Origin: Zygnema circumcarinatum SAG 698-1b
Lineage: Eukaryota > Plantae > Zygnematophyceae
Assembly (NCBI GenBank): GCA_037447605.1
Contig: CM074804.1
Coordinates: 8,223,909 to 8,287,908 of the forward strand
DNA length: 64,000 nt
Direction: 5' to 3'
The translations under genes were made by a program, and so were the position numbers. Every line of letters starts with the position of its first letter. Position 1 is the first letter of the stretch. Positions 45,171 to 59,371 of this stretch are shown here, piece after piece. Below the pieces are notes generated by a model. The model saw nothing but the letters and a program-made list of their open reading frames with translations. It was not told the origin of the DNA and did no database searches.

Positions 45171-45811
45171 AGCCGATTTGCGTCATTTGATCCTCGTGGT
45201 TTCTTTGGGCGCCTTCCATCGACATGGGCTGTTGAGGCTGAACCAGAGTGCTCTTTTCGAACGAGATGCCGGCGATGATAACACCTTCAGGGGTGCTAGT
45301 TGGTCCCAGCTTCCAATTTTTTTTCTCCTTCCTCGTCGTTTGGTTTCGTTATTCTTTTTCTCAATCTGTCGTCCCAACAACTTTCCGATTCTTACCACAC
45401 TGACTGCATCTTCGTTGACACCAATTTAGAGCACACTTCTGAACGCCGACTGTGAATAAGTTACTTGGAAAGGACCGGTGAAATGAGGTGGTTTGTTTGA
45501 ATAAGAATTGTGCAGCTTCTTGGAATGCATATGGAGCCTAAGGATTGAATCAAGCCTATGGAGCTCACTCTTACCAAAAGCCCAATGCAATAAATCATAA
45601 CTATCGTCTATGGCCATGCATATGACCTATCATGTATGGCCATGCTGTCAAACTAATGCATATAGAGAGCTAGCTACAAGCTTCATGCAGGACACTGCTT
45701 CCCATAACTAACACTTGAAACTTCAGCCCGCTTCAATTGGTGGTGGCTCTGGTAGCATTTATACTCTCTTCGCCTTTCCCTCTCTCCCATCTGGATAGCC
45801 AACATCACCCC

Positions 45812-48800
45812 TTAAACGTTTTGAACTGAGAGTCTGAGTCTCAGCTCCTCAGCTTCAGCCTCCAACCTCGCCCACTCCTCTTCAAACTCCGCCACTTTCG
45901 CCAGCACCTCCTCCTTCACCTTGAGGACCTTCAAAGCCTTCGCAGCATCACTCCCAGCCGCCAATAGTTCTGCATCATACCCTCGACAGGCCTCCTCCCC
46001 TTTCTCTACGTACTGGAGGAGCTTCTTGATTCGATTTTGTACCTGATGAGTAGTATATATAGACTTGTGTCAGCTACAAGGATATGAAGATAATAGAGCC
46101 TCACACTGGCCTTAGGACAATGGAAACCTGGAAAAAGACGAAACCCTAAAAGCTTCCAAGATTGGTAAGGAAGAGCAAGGAGGAGTCCTCACCTGCTGCA
46201 GTTTCTTTTTTTCCTCCTTCACAGAGGTCTTTTTTGCGTCTGCAGATGGTGCAGGTCGAGAGGAGGGGCTATCTACAGCCGCCGCCTTTTTTCTGTTTTC
46301 TGGAAGTGCATGAGCAGCCTTTGGATCAAAATCACGCTCTTCAATCTCCCCATTGATGCATAGACGCAGCTCAACATTACCGCCGGGCAGCACGCGAGCA
46401 ACATGAGTGGGGTTCATCGCTTCACAAAACTCCCGGTCGTGGGTTATGGCCACAAGAGCACCTGCAACATCAAATAAACCTCCAAAGTCAGGCAATTGCA
46501 TTAGATAAAGCATCTCCTTCACCACATCTTGTAATTCTTTAAGACAAAAAGCTTTGAAGTGTTTTCGACTTTTGACCTAATGCTGCATAGGACATCCCTC
46601 CGGACACAAAAAACCATTGCCGGCTACTGTGGTTCGTTCAAAGGTTGGGAAGGTGGGAAGTAAGGACCTTTGAAAGCAGACAGAGAGAGTGCGAGTGCTT
46701 TAACAGTCGGTCGGTCGAGGTGATTCGATGCTTCGTCCAATAGGAGCACATTGTGGGGCCGCAACACAAAGCCTCCAAGAGCAACCCGAGCCTTCTCTCC
46801 TCCTGCAACAAAAAAGAAGATCACTCGAAAAGAAAAGAAAAGAGAATAGAGAGAAAAGACAAGAGAATAGACATCAAAGGGGCAGGGATAACCAGGGATA
46901 AGGCACAGTCAAGACAAGAAAAATGTACAGAGAGTTCGGAGTGAAACGAGGATGAAGGAGTCTGCTTCTGAGCTTAAGAGTGTAGAAGAGCATTCTCACT
47001 AGGAAGAGAATGCCCCTACCCTATGATCTTGAGTGGTCATGGGTCCATTATTCACAGAAAAGTATAAAGTTCTGGTGAAGTTTAGTGCTAATGCGTGCGG
47101 TGATTAGAGAAGAAGGATACCTGAGAGTGCTTTGATTGGTCGAAGAGTCGCATCTCCGGTCAAGCCAAGTGCTCCCAAAGCCGACCGAGCTTGCAGATCA
47201 GTAACAGTTGGGTCCTTCTCTCGTGCAATCTGTGAAGAAAAACAAAACAAAAGAAAACAAAACAATGGAACAAAAGACATCTACATGAGCTTCTCCTGGT
47301 CAGGTCCGTCAAAATGAGGAATTCTTCCTCATTCTCACAGGCGATGAAAAGAGACTCCAGACTCACATATATATATTTCCAGGCATCGTTCATCTCTGAG
47401 TTTCTCTCACCTGCAGCACACATTCGAGGGCAGAGATGTCCTGCGGAAGGTCCTGTGCAAGGTCTTGAGTGAACACTCCCAGCTGCACTCCCATACCCTC
47501 CTCTCTCTCACCTCCCCGGAGAGAGACATGCCCTGCCAAAGCTCGCAATAAGGTCGACTTCCCACACCCATTGGGTCCCAAGATCACCTGCACTTCAAGA
47601 CAAAGAAATCAACGATCAAACACACAATACTGGCAAAAAAACAATCGCTCCTTATGCTGCACCTGCACCCCAGCTAGTAGGGCTAATATAAGCAAGCAAA
47701 AAGGAAATTGGAATAACTCTACACTTTCTAAGCGGAACACTGATAGAAACGTTGCCTCTCTTTTTTTTTAGAGAAGCAAAAACGAAACACTGTCTGTTTG
47801 CCTTCTTTCTCCTAGCTCACAAAGAAACTTGTATATTACCAGCCGCATTCCTGTCTCTATTCGCAGGTCCACCCCATGCAGGAGAGGTTCAAAACCATCC
47901 CATCCGATCACACCCTTTCGCAGCACCAAAACTTCCCGAGCACAGACTGGTGGGGGTGGTAGCTTCACAACTGCCATTCGCCGATCTCCTCCTGAATCGC
48001 CACTCACTGAACAAACCCAAGAAACAATATCAGCAGTGGCTATGCACTGGAACAAGAATTTCTTTCTCAATGTACCAATGTTTTCGCATTCGCTAAAAAT
48101 TAGCTTCCACTGCCACACTGTCAGGCTTCCCTAAAACTCTAAACACCCAGACTTCATATAAATACTATAGGGAATAGTTTACGAAGTGTTCTTGCTTACC
48201 ATTCTATGGATGCATTCCCTTCTACAACGAAAAGAGACTCCTGATCAGCACAAGCTCTTAATATGGACCCTCCTTTGCAAGTATATGTCGCATGCTATCA
48301 GATATATATATATATATATATATATGGATTTCCCCTACAATATGGGATGCTTCAAACCTTGTTGGGGCGCATCCACAGGCAAAGTCGCCTGCAGTTTCGC
48401 AATGGCTTTCTTTTTGGAGTTTGCAGCCGATGCTTTTGTAGCCTTGGCTCCAAGTCGGTCTACAAAGCTCTGCATTTTGGCAATCTCTGTTTGCTTTGCT
48501 TGAATCTCCTGTGCTATTGCTAGCTGACGAGCTTCCCTTTCACGCAGAAACTTGGAGTAATTGCCGACATATGTGTGAAGTTGGCTAGCACGGATCTGCA
48601 TGTTGGACATGCAACCCCTTTCTCAATATTTAGGGACCATCTTTGTGGCAAGTAGTATATACACAATTGTTCTAATGTAGTTGTTCGTAGGCTTGAACAA
48701 CGAAAAAATTGGAGGAGGTTCGGTCTCAGGTTTCAGATACTGTAGATGATGCAGCCCAAAGAATCGAGACACCCGCAACTAATAAATTTTATGAACTTGA

Positions 48801-51685
48801 CAACCAAGTCCCATCGGAGTATTAGGAATAACCATTATGAATTTTCCTCTTCGGCAATACGATGCACTGCCTGCTTGAGACAGGCTGCCATTGCCAAAGG
48901 ATTGTAAAGTAAAACAAAACAGAAAAAAAATGATACTGATTTCACCGGTTGAAACACATCCATCACTTCTGTTTCATTTGCTGAAAAACTTCAAAGGAGA
49001 GATATCTGACCTCAGATATCCGCTCACAAGCAGAATTCAACAAAGCTTCGTCGTGACTAACTATAACCACAGCTCCGGGCACCCTTCGGAGATAGTCTCC
49101 TAACCAGGCCTGCCCAAAATCACTCCACAACCCCCCAAAACATTTCAAAATCGTCAAGCATCTTCCTGCCTATTAGGGGAATTTCAGACTTGACTTCCCG
49201 TTGTGAAATCAGAATTGGCTTGCTATGGAAACCGACCTGGAGAGTATCGATCCGAGCAAATTCTAATTTGTACAGCTAAGCCAGCTCTGAAAACCCCTAT
49301 TCTCTCCAAAAGTAAGGTTCTGTGATCTTTTCAGCTCTGATTTTTTTCAAAATAAAAGTTTGTGAGCTCAAACAGGGTGACCTAGCTTCTCGGGATTTCG
49401 ACTGGCCAGCACTCGAGCAGCGATTAAAAGACCGTCTTTAAGTGATCCCGCATATGCTGCAATGATTGCCATTCGGGTTTCTAGGTTTCTCTAGATGGTC
49501 TCATGTTTGTCAAGGGAGGGGGAGGGAGAGGAGGAAAAGGGAAAGGGGAGGGGATGGACCTTAGCTTTGCTGTCAAGATGATTCGTTGGCTCATCCAACA
49601 GTAGGAGCGACTTTCTTGAATTGTCCATTTGGCCCAGCAGCAGCCTGGCCAGAGCAATTCGCATTTGCCAGCCGCCAGAAAACTCGGAACACAATCGCGT
49701 CCAATCAGATTGCTGGAATCCCAAGCCATTGAGCACTCTGTTTCCGCGTCCCAAGGGCCCAAGCAAAGCCCATCAAAGGCAAGTCTCCGGTGCCGCCAGA
49801 TAGCAAAATAAAAATTGCAGATTGGCTTCAGCTGAAACTAGCAACCCTAGTTTCTTAAAACAGACTGGCACGAACTTATTCTAGGCATGTTTATCCTCCC
49901 TGACCACCAAAATAGACTTAAAAAACCAAAAGTGTCACCTTGCTCGTATGCTAATTCAGCTCTTAGCTCACCCAGCGATCATCTCGTCCGCCTTGTAACC
50001 GTCCGCCGCCTCAAAGGCCTCCTGTGCAGCTGCCAGTTTGGCAATGGCACCCTCCTCGCCGCGACTAACAGCAGATTCAGCACTTTGCAATGCCGCTTCT
50101 GTCTGGTTAACCATATCCATGCGAGATCGTGCCTCCTCCCACACTGTCCTTCTGGAGCCTGATACAGCTCTGTTTAATGCACACCCGAATTCACACTGTC
50201 AACAACGAAGCAGGCTACTTAAGAGATGGCACCGAAACCAAGACCAAAAGGTGAGGCCCGGACTGACGCTTGCTTTATTTAACCTCGGACCAATTGGACA
50301 GCCACCCATATCACAAGCTTTGCAGTGACCAGGAAATTTAGCAAAATGACGGACTTACGTCTGTTCCAAATAACCTAATTTAGTTCCAAAGGCCACGATA
50401 ATGCGGCCTGAATCAAAAGGCTGTTGCCCAGTTATCGCTCGAAGCAGTGTTGACTTTCCACATCCATTTATACCCACTAATCCCACCCTCTCCCCTGGCA
50501 TGAGGCGCCAAGCTGCATTGCTGACAAGGTCACGGGAACCTGCACTTATTGTCACTCCTTCCATTACCAGCACCTGCCACAGTAATGCATGCGATAGGAT
50601 TGAACAAGTCAATAAACTACACGCTACTATCTGATCTGACTCAGCGATTATACATAGCAGCTAAACTTGTCCAGTGTTCTAGCACCGTGATTATAAGCCA
50701 CGTTCCTGCAAGGCAATGCAGAAACAGCGTTCGACATGCTAGAACGGGCCTAAAGATCACCGTTTATTCAGGGGTACAGCTGTCGGTAAGTGACTTCTGA
50801 AAGGACTACTTGGTGTCTCAAAAGGAATTTGTTCAAGTGCTAGTTGAAGAGCTAGGTTAAAAGTGCCAGGCTTAACTTGTTCCAGTTAGACGGATCCTCA
50901 TGGATTAAAAAAAGTTAATGGACTGGAGGTTCCCACTCTCATCACCGTCATTTTGTACTCGTGATTATGTCAGGAGGATCCATAAAGCATTCATTTTAGT
51001 GAATGGCAAGCCTTCAAGCAGACGTGTCCATCATTTACTTTAAGGCCTTCGTGTCAACGTTTCGGCGAAGCACATATTGTATTGTATAGACTGAATTTCA
51101 GTTTACTATGCGCGTCACACATCCACTGCTTTCCACTTGCACTGGAAGCTGATCATCGCTTCTCCTGTTATCACCTCCCCGCCCAGCGTGTTCACCTAAC
51201 ACAGTATACGATATTAATAGACCTAATAGAAAGCCTTAAAGTATGAGCTTGACAGGAAGTAGGCTCACAGCGCCAGCAGTATCACCCTCAGGGGGCCACT
51301 TATTAGGAGCTTCGGCGCCTGCCTTTCCCACCCTGCCACGAACTGCTGCCTCTGCGTTCCCGCGAGCCAGAGCAGTGGCACCCTCCCCCTCACGTAATCC
51401 TTGCGCTGACTTCCCCTCCTTCTCTCCATGCCTCTGCGCACCATCTGCAACCACTGCTTCCGCCACCACAAGCTTCTTGCCATGGCGGCCGACACGGCTA
51501 AGCCAGGGCGTTGGCAGCTGCTTGCTGATTCCATGCAGGATTCCAGAAAAATCCGAGCCTTCTCTTAAGCGCAGCGCTCCCTTTGCAGCGACAAGCGATG
51601 ACCGACAGGGGCCAGCATGTGCGGACTTTTCTCGTGTAAGCGCGCACCAATCTGGAGAGGCAAAGGCGCTGAGTTCCGCAGCCAT
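45812..51685 (-). CDS. ABCF: ABC-F family ATPase (two NBDs, linker, C-terminal coiled coil), organelle-targeted
   Basis: [97 protein letters not shown]. No transmembrane domain; Ala/Arg/Ser-rich N-terminus. Confidence 0.93.
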
Positions 51686-51873
51686 GGCGTCCCGCGTATG
51701 AAAGACCTTCCTTCTTCTACCCTTCAAGCCTCTCCGAGCACCCCTCAAAGCCCTCCAAGGCCGCTACCACCGCGGGGAGGGGACGCTGCCATGGCGGAGA
51801 AGCTTATTCCAGACCAACACTGAGCCACGTCAGCCCTAATCCCTCAGGCCCAAGTCACACAACCCTAGGATTT

Positions 51874-52021
51874 GTACGGTGCGTACGTCAAATGCCGGTC
51901 AAGGTACAAGACAGCCCACGGTACGGCAGTACGTACATTACTGTACGGTTCGTATGTCACTACTGGACAAAACTCTGTGATTCAACGGTACTATTTGAAG
52001 TCAACTCGTACATATTCGTAC
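51874..52021. promoter_or_regulatory. GTAC cluster in the ABCF/transporter divergent promoter
   Basis: 10 GTAC in about 150 bp. Confidence 0.6.
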
Positions 52022-52400
52022 GGTTCGTTATGATACAGCGAATCGTAGAAACGCCCCCCTAGCAAATACACGGCAGTGCAGGACCCGAGCCAGGGCACGG
52101 TCATTGGTCTACCTCTTATCCAATGGAAAGTTGCCACGTGTACAATTTTGCATACGTGGCATCCCCTCATTGGACGATTCTTTTGTATTTTTTTTTTTGT
52201 AGGCCGCATCAGGAGAGGTGAATTGGGAGGCAGGCCCTGGAAGGTGGAACTGACCGTCTTTTTCCCTCCCACTCACCCTCTCTCCCTCTCTCCCTCCCTC
52301 CCTCCCTCCCTCCCTCCTCTCTGGGAAGGAAGGATCTGCGGCGGAGCAGGCACCTCTGCAGTGAGGGTTAGGATTAGGGTTTTGATGCGCGCAGGGAGCC

Positions 52401-55050
52401 ATGCCGCTGAAGAGCCTGACGCCTAAAATGCCTCCCCGCGAAAGCCTGCTGCAGGACGATGCGCAGACGGCAGGCTCCCAAGATTCGGCAGGCGCAGGCG
52501 CGCCATTGACAGAGTCAGGGGATCGGTTGAGGAGCCGCACCGCCACAGTGGTAGCGCAGCAGGATGATTCGGGCTATGAGCTTCTCACTCCCACCAGCAG
52601 AGATAGGGAGCAGGCGAAGCGGAAAGAGGAGGAGCTTCATCTGCTGGAGGAGTTCCGGGAGGAGCGGCCTGAGGGAGCCTCTGAGAAGAGTGTGTTGTAT
52701 GACTTTTTTGAGCTCTCGGCAGCGACATGGCGATGGTTACAGTGCAGATTCGGGGACGGATATGCGCAGTCGGGAGCGGTTTCTGACGGGATTTTAAGGA
52801 GTGTGTGGAGAAAATCAGAGAAGAGCTTTCAACAATTAATACAGAGACTATACCCTGCTTTAGCGGTACTTCAGTGGTGGTTTTTCAATGTGCTCCTTGT
52901 GCTCCTCAACAAGTGGATTTTCCAGGTGAGAAGGGACTTTTTTCATCAGGCGCTGCAGGATCTTGCATTGTGCGTCATTGTTTCTACACGGGAAGGAAAC
53001 CTCCATTACGTGCTTACGAAATTAGGTCATGGCTGGAAACATGCTGCTTACCGGGAATTGGAGTCACTTTCGCTTTTCCATTTCTCACCCGTCCCTCTTC
53101 TTACTCGGGAAGATCTTCAAGATCTAAGTCCTGAAAAAGACAGTAGGAATTCTTCCTTGTTGAATTTTCTTGCAAATTACCCGAGAGCACTGAGAACGAA
53201 ACTCAAAGGGAATGTCGTCTGCTGAACCTGCTATGGTTTGCGGCAAGTTTTGTTTTAGGCAAAAACATTACCAGAGTTAGGTTTACAGCGCTGAGCCTCG
53301 ATTCTCCATCACGTTCATGTGCCGTGAGAGTGAATTGTCACACTGCAGAAAGGCGTAGAATTGGGCCCTGGCCATAATCACAAGATAAGCCTTTTGGGAA
53401 GATAGTTATATGTTAAAGGCTGTTGCATTTATGAATACGTTTGGATGTAGGGAAATGGGTTAAGGAGACTTGGAGCTAGTAGAGAGAGGAGGTTAGCCAA
53501 AGGTGATGGTGGGAAAAGCAGCGGGAGCTGAGGAAGAATTGGGGACTGGAGCTATGCTGTTGCCATTGCAGGTTTATCGCTTCAATTTCCCTCTTAGTCT
53601 TACATGCATCCATTTTGCCATCTCATTCGTCGGTGCCTTCATCTGTATAAGGGTATGTTCCTGTATCACGTCTTTTCGCCCGGCAGCATGTACTTCCTAT
53701 GTATCTATTTTATCGCCTGTATGGCATTCTTAAGTCTCGCAACATCTTTTGCACTCCGACGTTTTACATGTAAGGTGGATCGTGCATAGCCTTGGTTCTA
53801 GCTTGTATTGATCCCACTGCGCTTCTCCAGTTAACAATTGAATCGGGATAGCATTCTAGCGAGAGCAAAGCTTTCCAATATAAGCAGAATTTTATCAAAT
53901 TTGTGAATGTGGCTATCAATAGATACTGATAATCAACTTGACAATGCTGCAGGTTCTTAAAATGAAACCCCTGGCAAAGGTGACAAGATCCGACCTCGTG
54001 CTCCGAGTGCTACCCATTGCTATTGTTACGAACCTGAACGTGTGCCTCGGGAATGTGAGCCTGCGATTCATTCCCGTTACATTTATGCAGACAGTGAAAG
54101 CGTTCACACCAGCCACAACAGGTAAGCCCAGGGGACAAACAGACTTACCGGCAAGTAGCAAAAAAATTCAGACATTAGTAGAAAAGAAAGTTTACTCCAC
54201 ATGAGGGACTGCAGGCTGAATGCCGCTTCCTGACTGAGAAGCCTTCTTACTTTTAAAGTCTCAGTCTCTCACTTCAGTATGTTGCCTGTGGTTTCTGCTT
54301 GGTGGCGGACATGGCTTTGCAGTGGCCCTTCAAGCCGTATTTCAAGGCAAGATCTTTCATCCTCGAGTCTTCATAGCTCTCATTCCCGTAGTGGGAGGAG
54401 TCACATTGGCGAGCGCCACGGAACTGAGCTTCCATGCGGCGGGCTTTGTGGCTGCGTTGTTGTCAACCATCTTCACCTCTGCCAACTCCATTCTGGCGGA
54501 GGTGGTCCTGAAGGGCCACGTTGACATGGACTCCATCAACACCGTTTACTATATGGCTCCCCAGATATGTTTGATGCTGGCCCCCTTGGCGGCCCTGCTT
54601 GAAACGAAGGGATTGGTTGAATGGCACTATGAGGCTCGAGAGCACACACAGGTGCTGGGTGTCGTTATTGTAAGCGGAGTCCTCGCATTTGGACTGAACT
54701 TCTCTCTCTTCTATGCAATCCAAGCCACCAGTGCGATGACCTTTAATGTCGCCGGAAACCTAAAGGTAGCGGTAGCCATGCTACTTGGATGGCTCATCTT
54801 CAGAAATCCCATGTCTATGTATAGTGTGCTGGGGTGTGCCGTTACCGTAGGGGGGTGTATGTGGTACGGCTACGTTCAGCAGAAGGTGAGGTTCGAGGAG
54901 ATGCAAAGGCATCACCTCGTCTCCACGCCGACATTGTATTCAGAGAAGCATTCGGCTTCAGAGGAAAGTAGTGGGCAGCAGCTGCTGGTCATCCAAGCAG
55001 GCCAAGCGGATGCCAGCAATGGCACAGAGCAAACCAAGCTTGTGAAGTAG
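52401..55050 (+). CDS. Nucleotide-sugar transporter, GONST5/UDP-galactose transporter 1-like (TPT/NST family)
   Basis: Exons 52401-52925, 53572-53652, 53953-54121 and 54323-55050. Product: LQWWFFNVLLVLLNKWIFQ, NFPLSLTCIHF, LGNVSLRFIPVTFMQTVKAFTPATT, DSINTVYYMAP, TFNVAGNLKVAVA. Confidence 0.92.
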
Positions 55051-55121
55051 AGACCTAATAGGGTTTCTCTCGGTTTCCTATTGCGGTATATTGTTTATTT
55101 GATATAGGGGAAGGGGAGGGG

Positions 55122-57549
55122 GTCCGAGGTATCCATTTAGCTATCCATTACCCACCTGGCTATGTACTGTATCTATCTGTCTGCCCATTTTTTACTTTTT
55201 CCAATTTTTTCTTTAAAAGATTGTCGTGGTTTCTTCAAAACAAGGCTTCAATTGATCCTTTATGCAGTTCAGTTTTCAACCCTTTCTCGAGAACTAAGAA
55301 GCAGGACATCATTATCTTGTTGTGTAGAGAGCTCTCTGAGTTTTTGAACCATGTACATGTCCTGCCTATTTATGCAGAAAAAAAATTACCATAATGACCA
55401 CCAAATTCCTGGGAGGAAAGTGTTGGGAATTTGTCAGAATTCGAAAGCACGTTCTAATTTTTGTCCCAACACGAAGTGACAAATCTGGATCTCAGCCAAT
55501 GGTGTGCTGCCACGTGCTCAGATATTCCCAAAGTGCTCCCACTTTGCCGGAGCTCGCACAATCGACTACCACGTGGCACGCTCTGAGCCGCTCATTGCGC
55601 GCAGATGAAGGCAGCTCCGCAAAAATGTGCCGTACAATCACAAGATTTGCCCTAAACAGCGGTTACATGTCGGGAATGACGCGAAATTTACTGTTTACTG
55701 AGACTGCCCTGCATGGAACTGAAGGTCCCACACCCTCCAGCTCCAGACTCCCACGACGAAAAACTTGGAAATTCAGAGAAACAGAGGAACAGCTTCACAA
55801 ACATGGCAATACATTCGACTACCCATAAGGAAAAAAAATCCAAAAAAGAGTCAAAATTGTTTTCCACTGTCAAATGTATACAAAAATATGGCGGGCCAGC
55901 GGCCCATACCTAATACGTGGGCCTTACACGCCTCAGCTATAGCTTCAGTGGTGGGAAGGAGGGAGGGAGGGAGGGAGGGAAAGAGGGAGGGAGGAACTCC
56001 TCCCCTAATAGCCGACATAGACGGCCGCGTTCACCACATAGCAGTCGTCGTTCTTGTCGCCCATCGCTTCCAGCGCCACTCCGCTAGAGCAGATGAGCCC
56101 TCCGTCAACGACTTCGACTCCCAAAATCTCTCCACTGCAGGCCATTCGGGAATCAAGCAGGCATTCAGTAATCGTGCTTTTGAACCTTTGACCCTAAGTT
56201 TTGTGAGCAGCTAGAAGTCGAAGTACATGTGCTGGCTCCACCACGACGAGAAAGACCTGTCTTCACATAACAATACTATAGTGCCACTTTCTGGGGTCCC
56301 TTCCGTCTCTTCTGCCCCTCCCCCTCCCCCNNNNNNNNNNGTCCGAGGTATCCATTTAGCTATCCATTACCCACCTGGCTATGTACTGTATCTATCTGTC
56401 TGCCCATTTTTTACTTTTTCCAATTTTTTCTTTAAAAGATTGTCGTGGTTTCTTCAAAACAAGGCTTCAATTGATCCTTTATGCAGTTCAGTTTTCAACC
56501 CTTTCTCGAGAACTAAGAAGCAGGACATCATTATCTTGTTGTGTAGAGAGCTCTCTGAGTTTTTGAACCATGTACATGTCCTGCCTATTTATGCAGAAAA
56601 AAAATTACCATAATGACCACCAAATTCCTGGGAGGAAAGTGTTGGGAATTTGTCAGAATTCGAAAGCACGTTCTAATTTTTGTCCCAACACGAAGTGACA
56701 AATCTGGATCTCAGCCAATGGTGTGCTGCCACGTGCTCAGATATTCCCAAAGTGCTCCCACTTTGCCGGAGCTCGCACAATCGACTACCACGTGGCACGC
56801 TCTGAGCCGCTCATTGCGCGCAGATGAAGGCAGCTCCGCAAAAATGTGCCGTACAATCACAAGATTTGCCCTAAACAGCGGTTACATGTCGGGAATGACG
56901 CGAAATTTACTGTTTACTGAGACTGCCCTGCATGGAACTGAAGGTCCCACACCCTCCAGCTCCAGACTCCCACGACGAAAAACTTGGAAATTCAGAGAAA
57001 CAGAGGAACAGCTTCACAAACATGGCAATACATTCGACTACCCATAAGGAAAAAAAATCCAAAAAAGAGTCAAAATTGTTTTCCACTGTCAAATGTATAC
57101 AAAAATATGGCGGGCCAGCGGCCCATACCTAATACGTGGGCCTTACACGCCTCAGCTATAGCTTCAGTGGTGGGAAGGAGGGAGGGAGGGAGGGAGGGAA
57201 AGAGGGAGGGAGGAACTCCTCCCCTAATAGCCGACATAGACGGCCGCGTTCACCACATAGCAGTCGTCGTTCTTGTCGCCCATCGCTTCCAGCGCCACTC
57301 CGCTAGAGCAGATGAGCCCTCCGTCAACGACTTCGACTCCCAAAATCTCTCCACTGCAGGCCATTCGGGAATCAAGCAGGCATTCAGTAATCGTGCTTTT
57401 GAACCTTTGACCCTAAGTTTTGTGAGCAGCTAGAAGTCGAAGTACATGTGCTGGCTCCACCACGACGAGAAAGACCTGTCTTCACATAACAATACTATAG
57501 TGCCACTTTCTGGGGTCCCTTCCGTCTCTTCTGCCCCTCCCCTCCCCCT
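55122..57549 (+). repeat. Apparently exact 1.2-kb duplication (55122-56330 and 56341-57549) around a 10-N gap; probable unmerged contig overlap that also duplicates the last Lin0512 exon (56005-56134)
   Basis: Constant offset of 1219; the second copy starts right after the gap. Confidence 0.88.
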
Positions 57550-58468
57550 CCCCCTCCTCCCCCTCCTCCCTCCCTCCCTCCCCTCCCCCTCCCCCTCCCC
57601 ACCTCCCCTCCCTCTCCCTCCCCCTCCCCCCTCCCTCCCCTCCCCCTCCCCCTCCCCCTCCCCCTCCCCCTCCCCCTCCCCTCTCCCCTCCCCCTCCCCC
57701 CTCCCCCTCCCCCTCCCCCTCCCCCTCCCCCCTCCCCCCTCCCCCTCCCCCCTCCCCTCCCCCCTCCCCCCCTCCCCTCCCCCCTCCCCTCCCCCTCCCC
57801 CCTCCCCCTCCCCCTCCCCCTCCCCCTCCCCCTCCCCCTCCCCCTCTCCTCTCCCTCTCCCTCTCCCACCCTCTCTCCATCCCACACTTTCTGCTCGATT
57901 GCCTCTATATCTAGCTCTATCACGCTCTCTCCCACTCCTCCAGCTCACATTTTCATAATACCAAGCTGAGATTGAAGACTCACTAGGGAAAGACTGCCTT
58001 CACTTGATCCATGTCCAGCTCCTTCTGCACAGCCCGGGGCACTCCAAGCTTAACCCGAAGCTTCATTTGCTGCCAGCTTACCCCCGGTATAGCTCCTGTA
58101 TGTAAACCCCCCTCAGCCCATTACCCCATTCCAAGTCCTTCAATAAAATGCAATCATGGGATGAAAAAAAAAAATTCCTTCCTGCAGGAACTTGTCATTA
58201 CTTGCCAAGTTTGGAAGAACATTTGCGTCTGTTATGAGACCCGAAGTGTATGAAGGAGACCAACCTGTTCGAAAAGCAGGGATGGAATTGGAGCTGATCG
58301 CATCTTTACAAGCCCTTACAGCGGCATTAGTAATGTTTTGCCTACAGCTCCCCGGTCAACAAATGAAAATCAAGTCATGCAAAAGCACCTCTGTGCATGC
58401 GATTCACAAGTCAAATATCAATTGCATTAGAGAGACAGAGCGAGAGTGAAGAAGAGAGAGATGAGAAT

Positions 58469-58500
<32 letters not shown>

Positions 58501-58896
58501 AATGAGAAAGATGACAAAGATTGAGAGACTGATTAAGACGGCTCACCCATGCTGGTCATAACCAACGCCCATTTCCACAAACAACACAGTCAAACTCGCA
58601 TTGCCTTCTTGTGAAGCTCCAACAGCTTCTGCTTCTGCTTCAGTTGTTTCCAAAGACCCATTCGAAGCTCTGCCGGCGTTTGACATCAGCTCCGTTTTCA
58701 GTGTTCTGGTTTCGACTCGCCTTTTTAAAGACTGCAAAATTCTAACCTTCCGATGCAGTCTGAGATGGTTCAGAGGTAGACCTGCACAGGGAAGCGCGCT
58801 TCTTGAAGGTCTGAGAAATCCTTGTTCCGTAGAGCCCTCTCCAAACGCACGAGCGGTGAGATAGCGGCCATAAGACTCTAGTGGCTGTGTTGCCAT
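57224..58896 (-). CDS. Lin0512-family protein with a plastid-type transit peptide
   Basis: Exons 58896-about 58546, 58341-58265, 58095-57984 and 57353-57224. Product: LFVEMGVGYDQHG|QNITNAAVRACKDAISSNSIPAFRT|GAIPGV...KLGVP...KAVFPY|GEILGVEVVDGGLICSSGV...GDKNDDCYVVNAAVYVGY*. Confidence 0.88.
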
Positions 58897-59337
58897 AGTG
58901 GCCCGCTCGCTGACTTATGCCCAGCTTCTCTCACATCTGTGATCAAGGAAACAAACCCTAAAATGCAATCAGACTCATCATCATTGACAAGTGGCGAGCA
59001 TATAGAATCTGCTATAGAAGATTCCACAGACTGCAAACTCGTCATGCCGAGCACTCTGTTCTCATGTCTGTCATTTGGACAGACTGCCTATGATGCCATG
59101 AATAACTAGGTTTTTTCACTTCATCAGTCCCTGAAAACAAGGATAACCGATGCTTTCGCCATAGGCTACCTATATTCCCCAATGAACGACTGCAGGCAAG
59201 AGGATAACAAGAAAAAAAGCACGCGCTTATCAAACACACCTCCACATGTGAATGCTAAAGAGCCTGAACTGAATCGCGGAGAGAGAGAGAGAGAAAGAAA
59301 GAGAGAGAGCGAGAGAGAGAGGGAGAGGGAGAGAGAG

Positions 59338-59371
<34 letters not shown>

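Noticed and set aside
56005-56134. Second Lin0512 last exon as an alternative exon
   Set aside because: It is an apparently exact copy across a 10-N gap, so an assembly overlap, unlike the diverged RIN13-like duplication.
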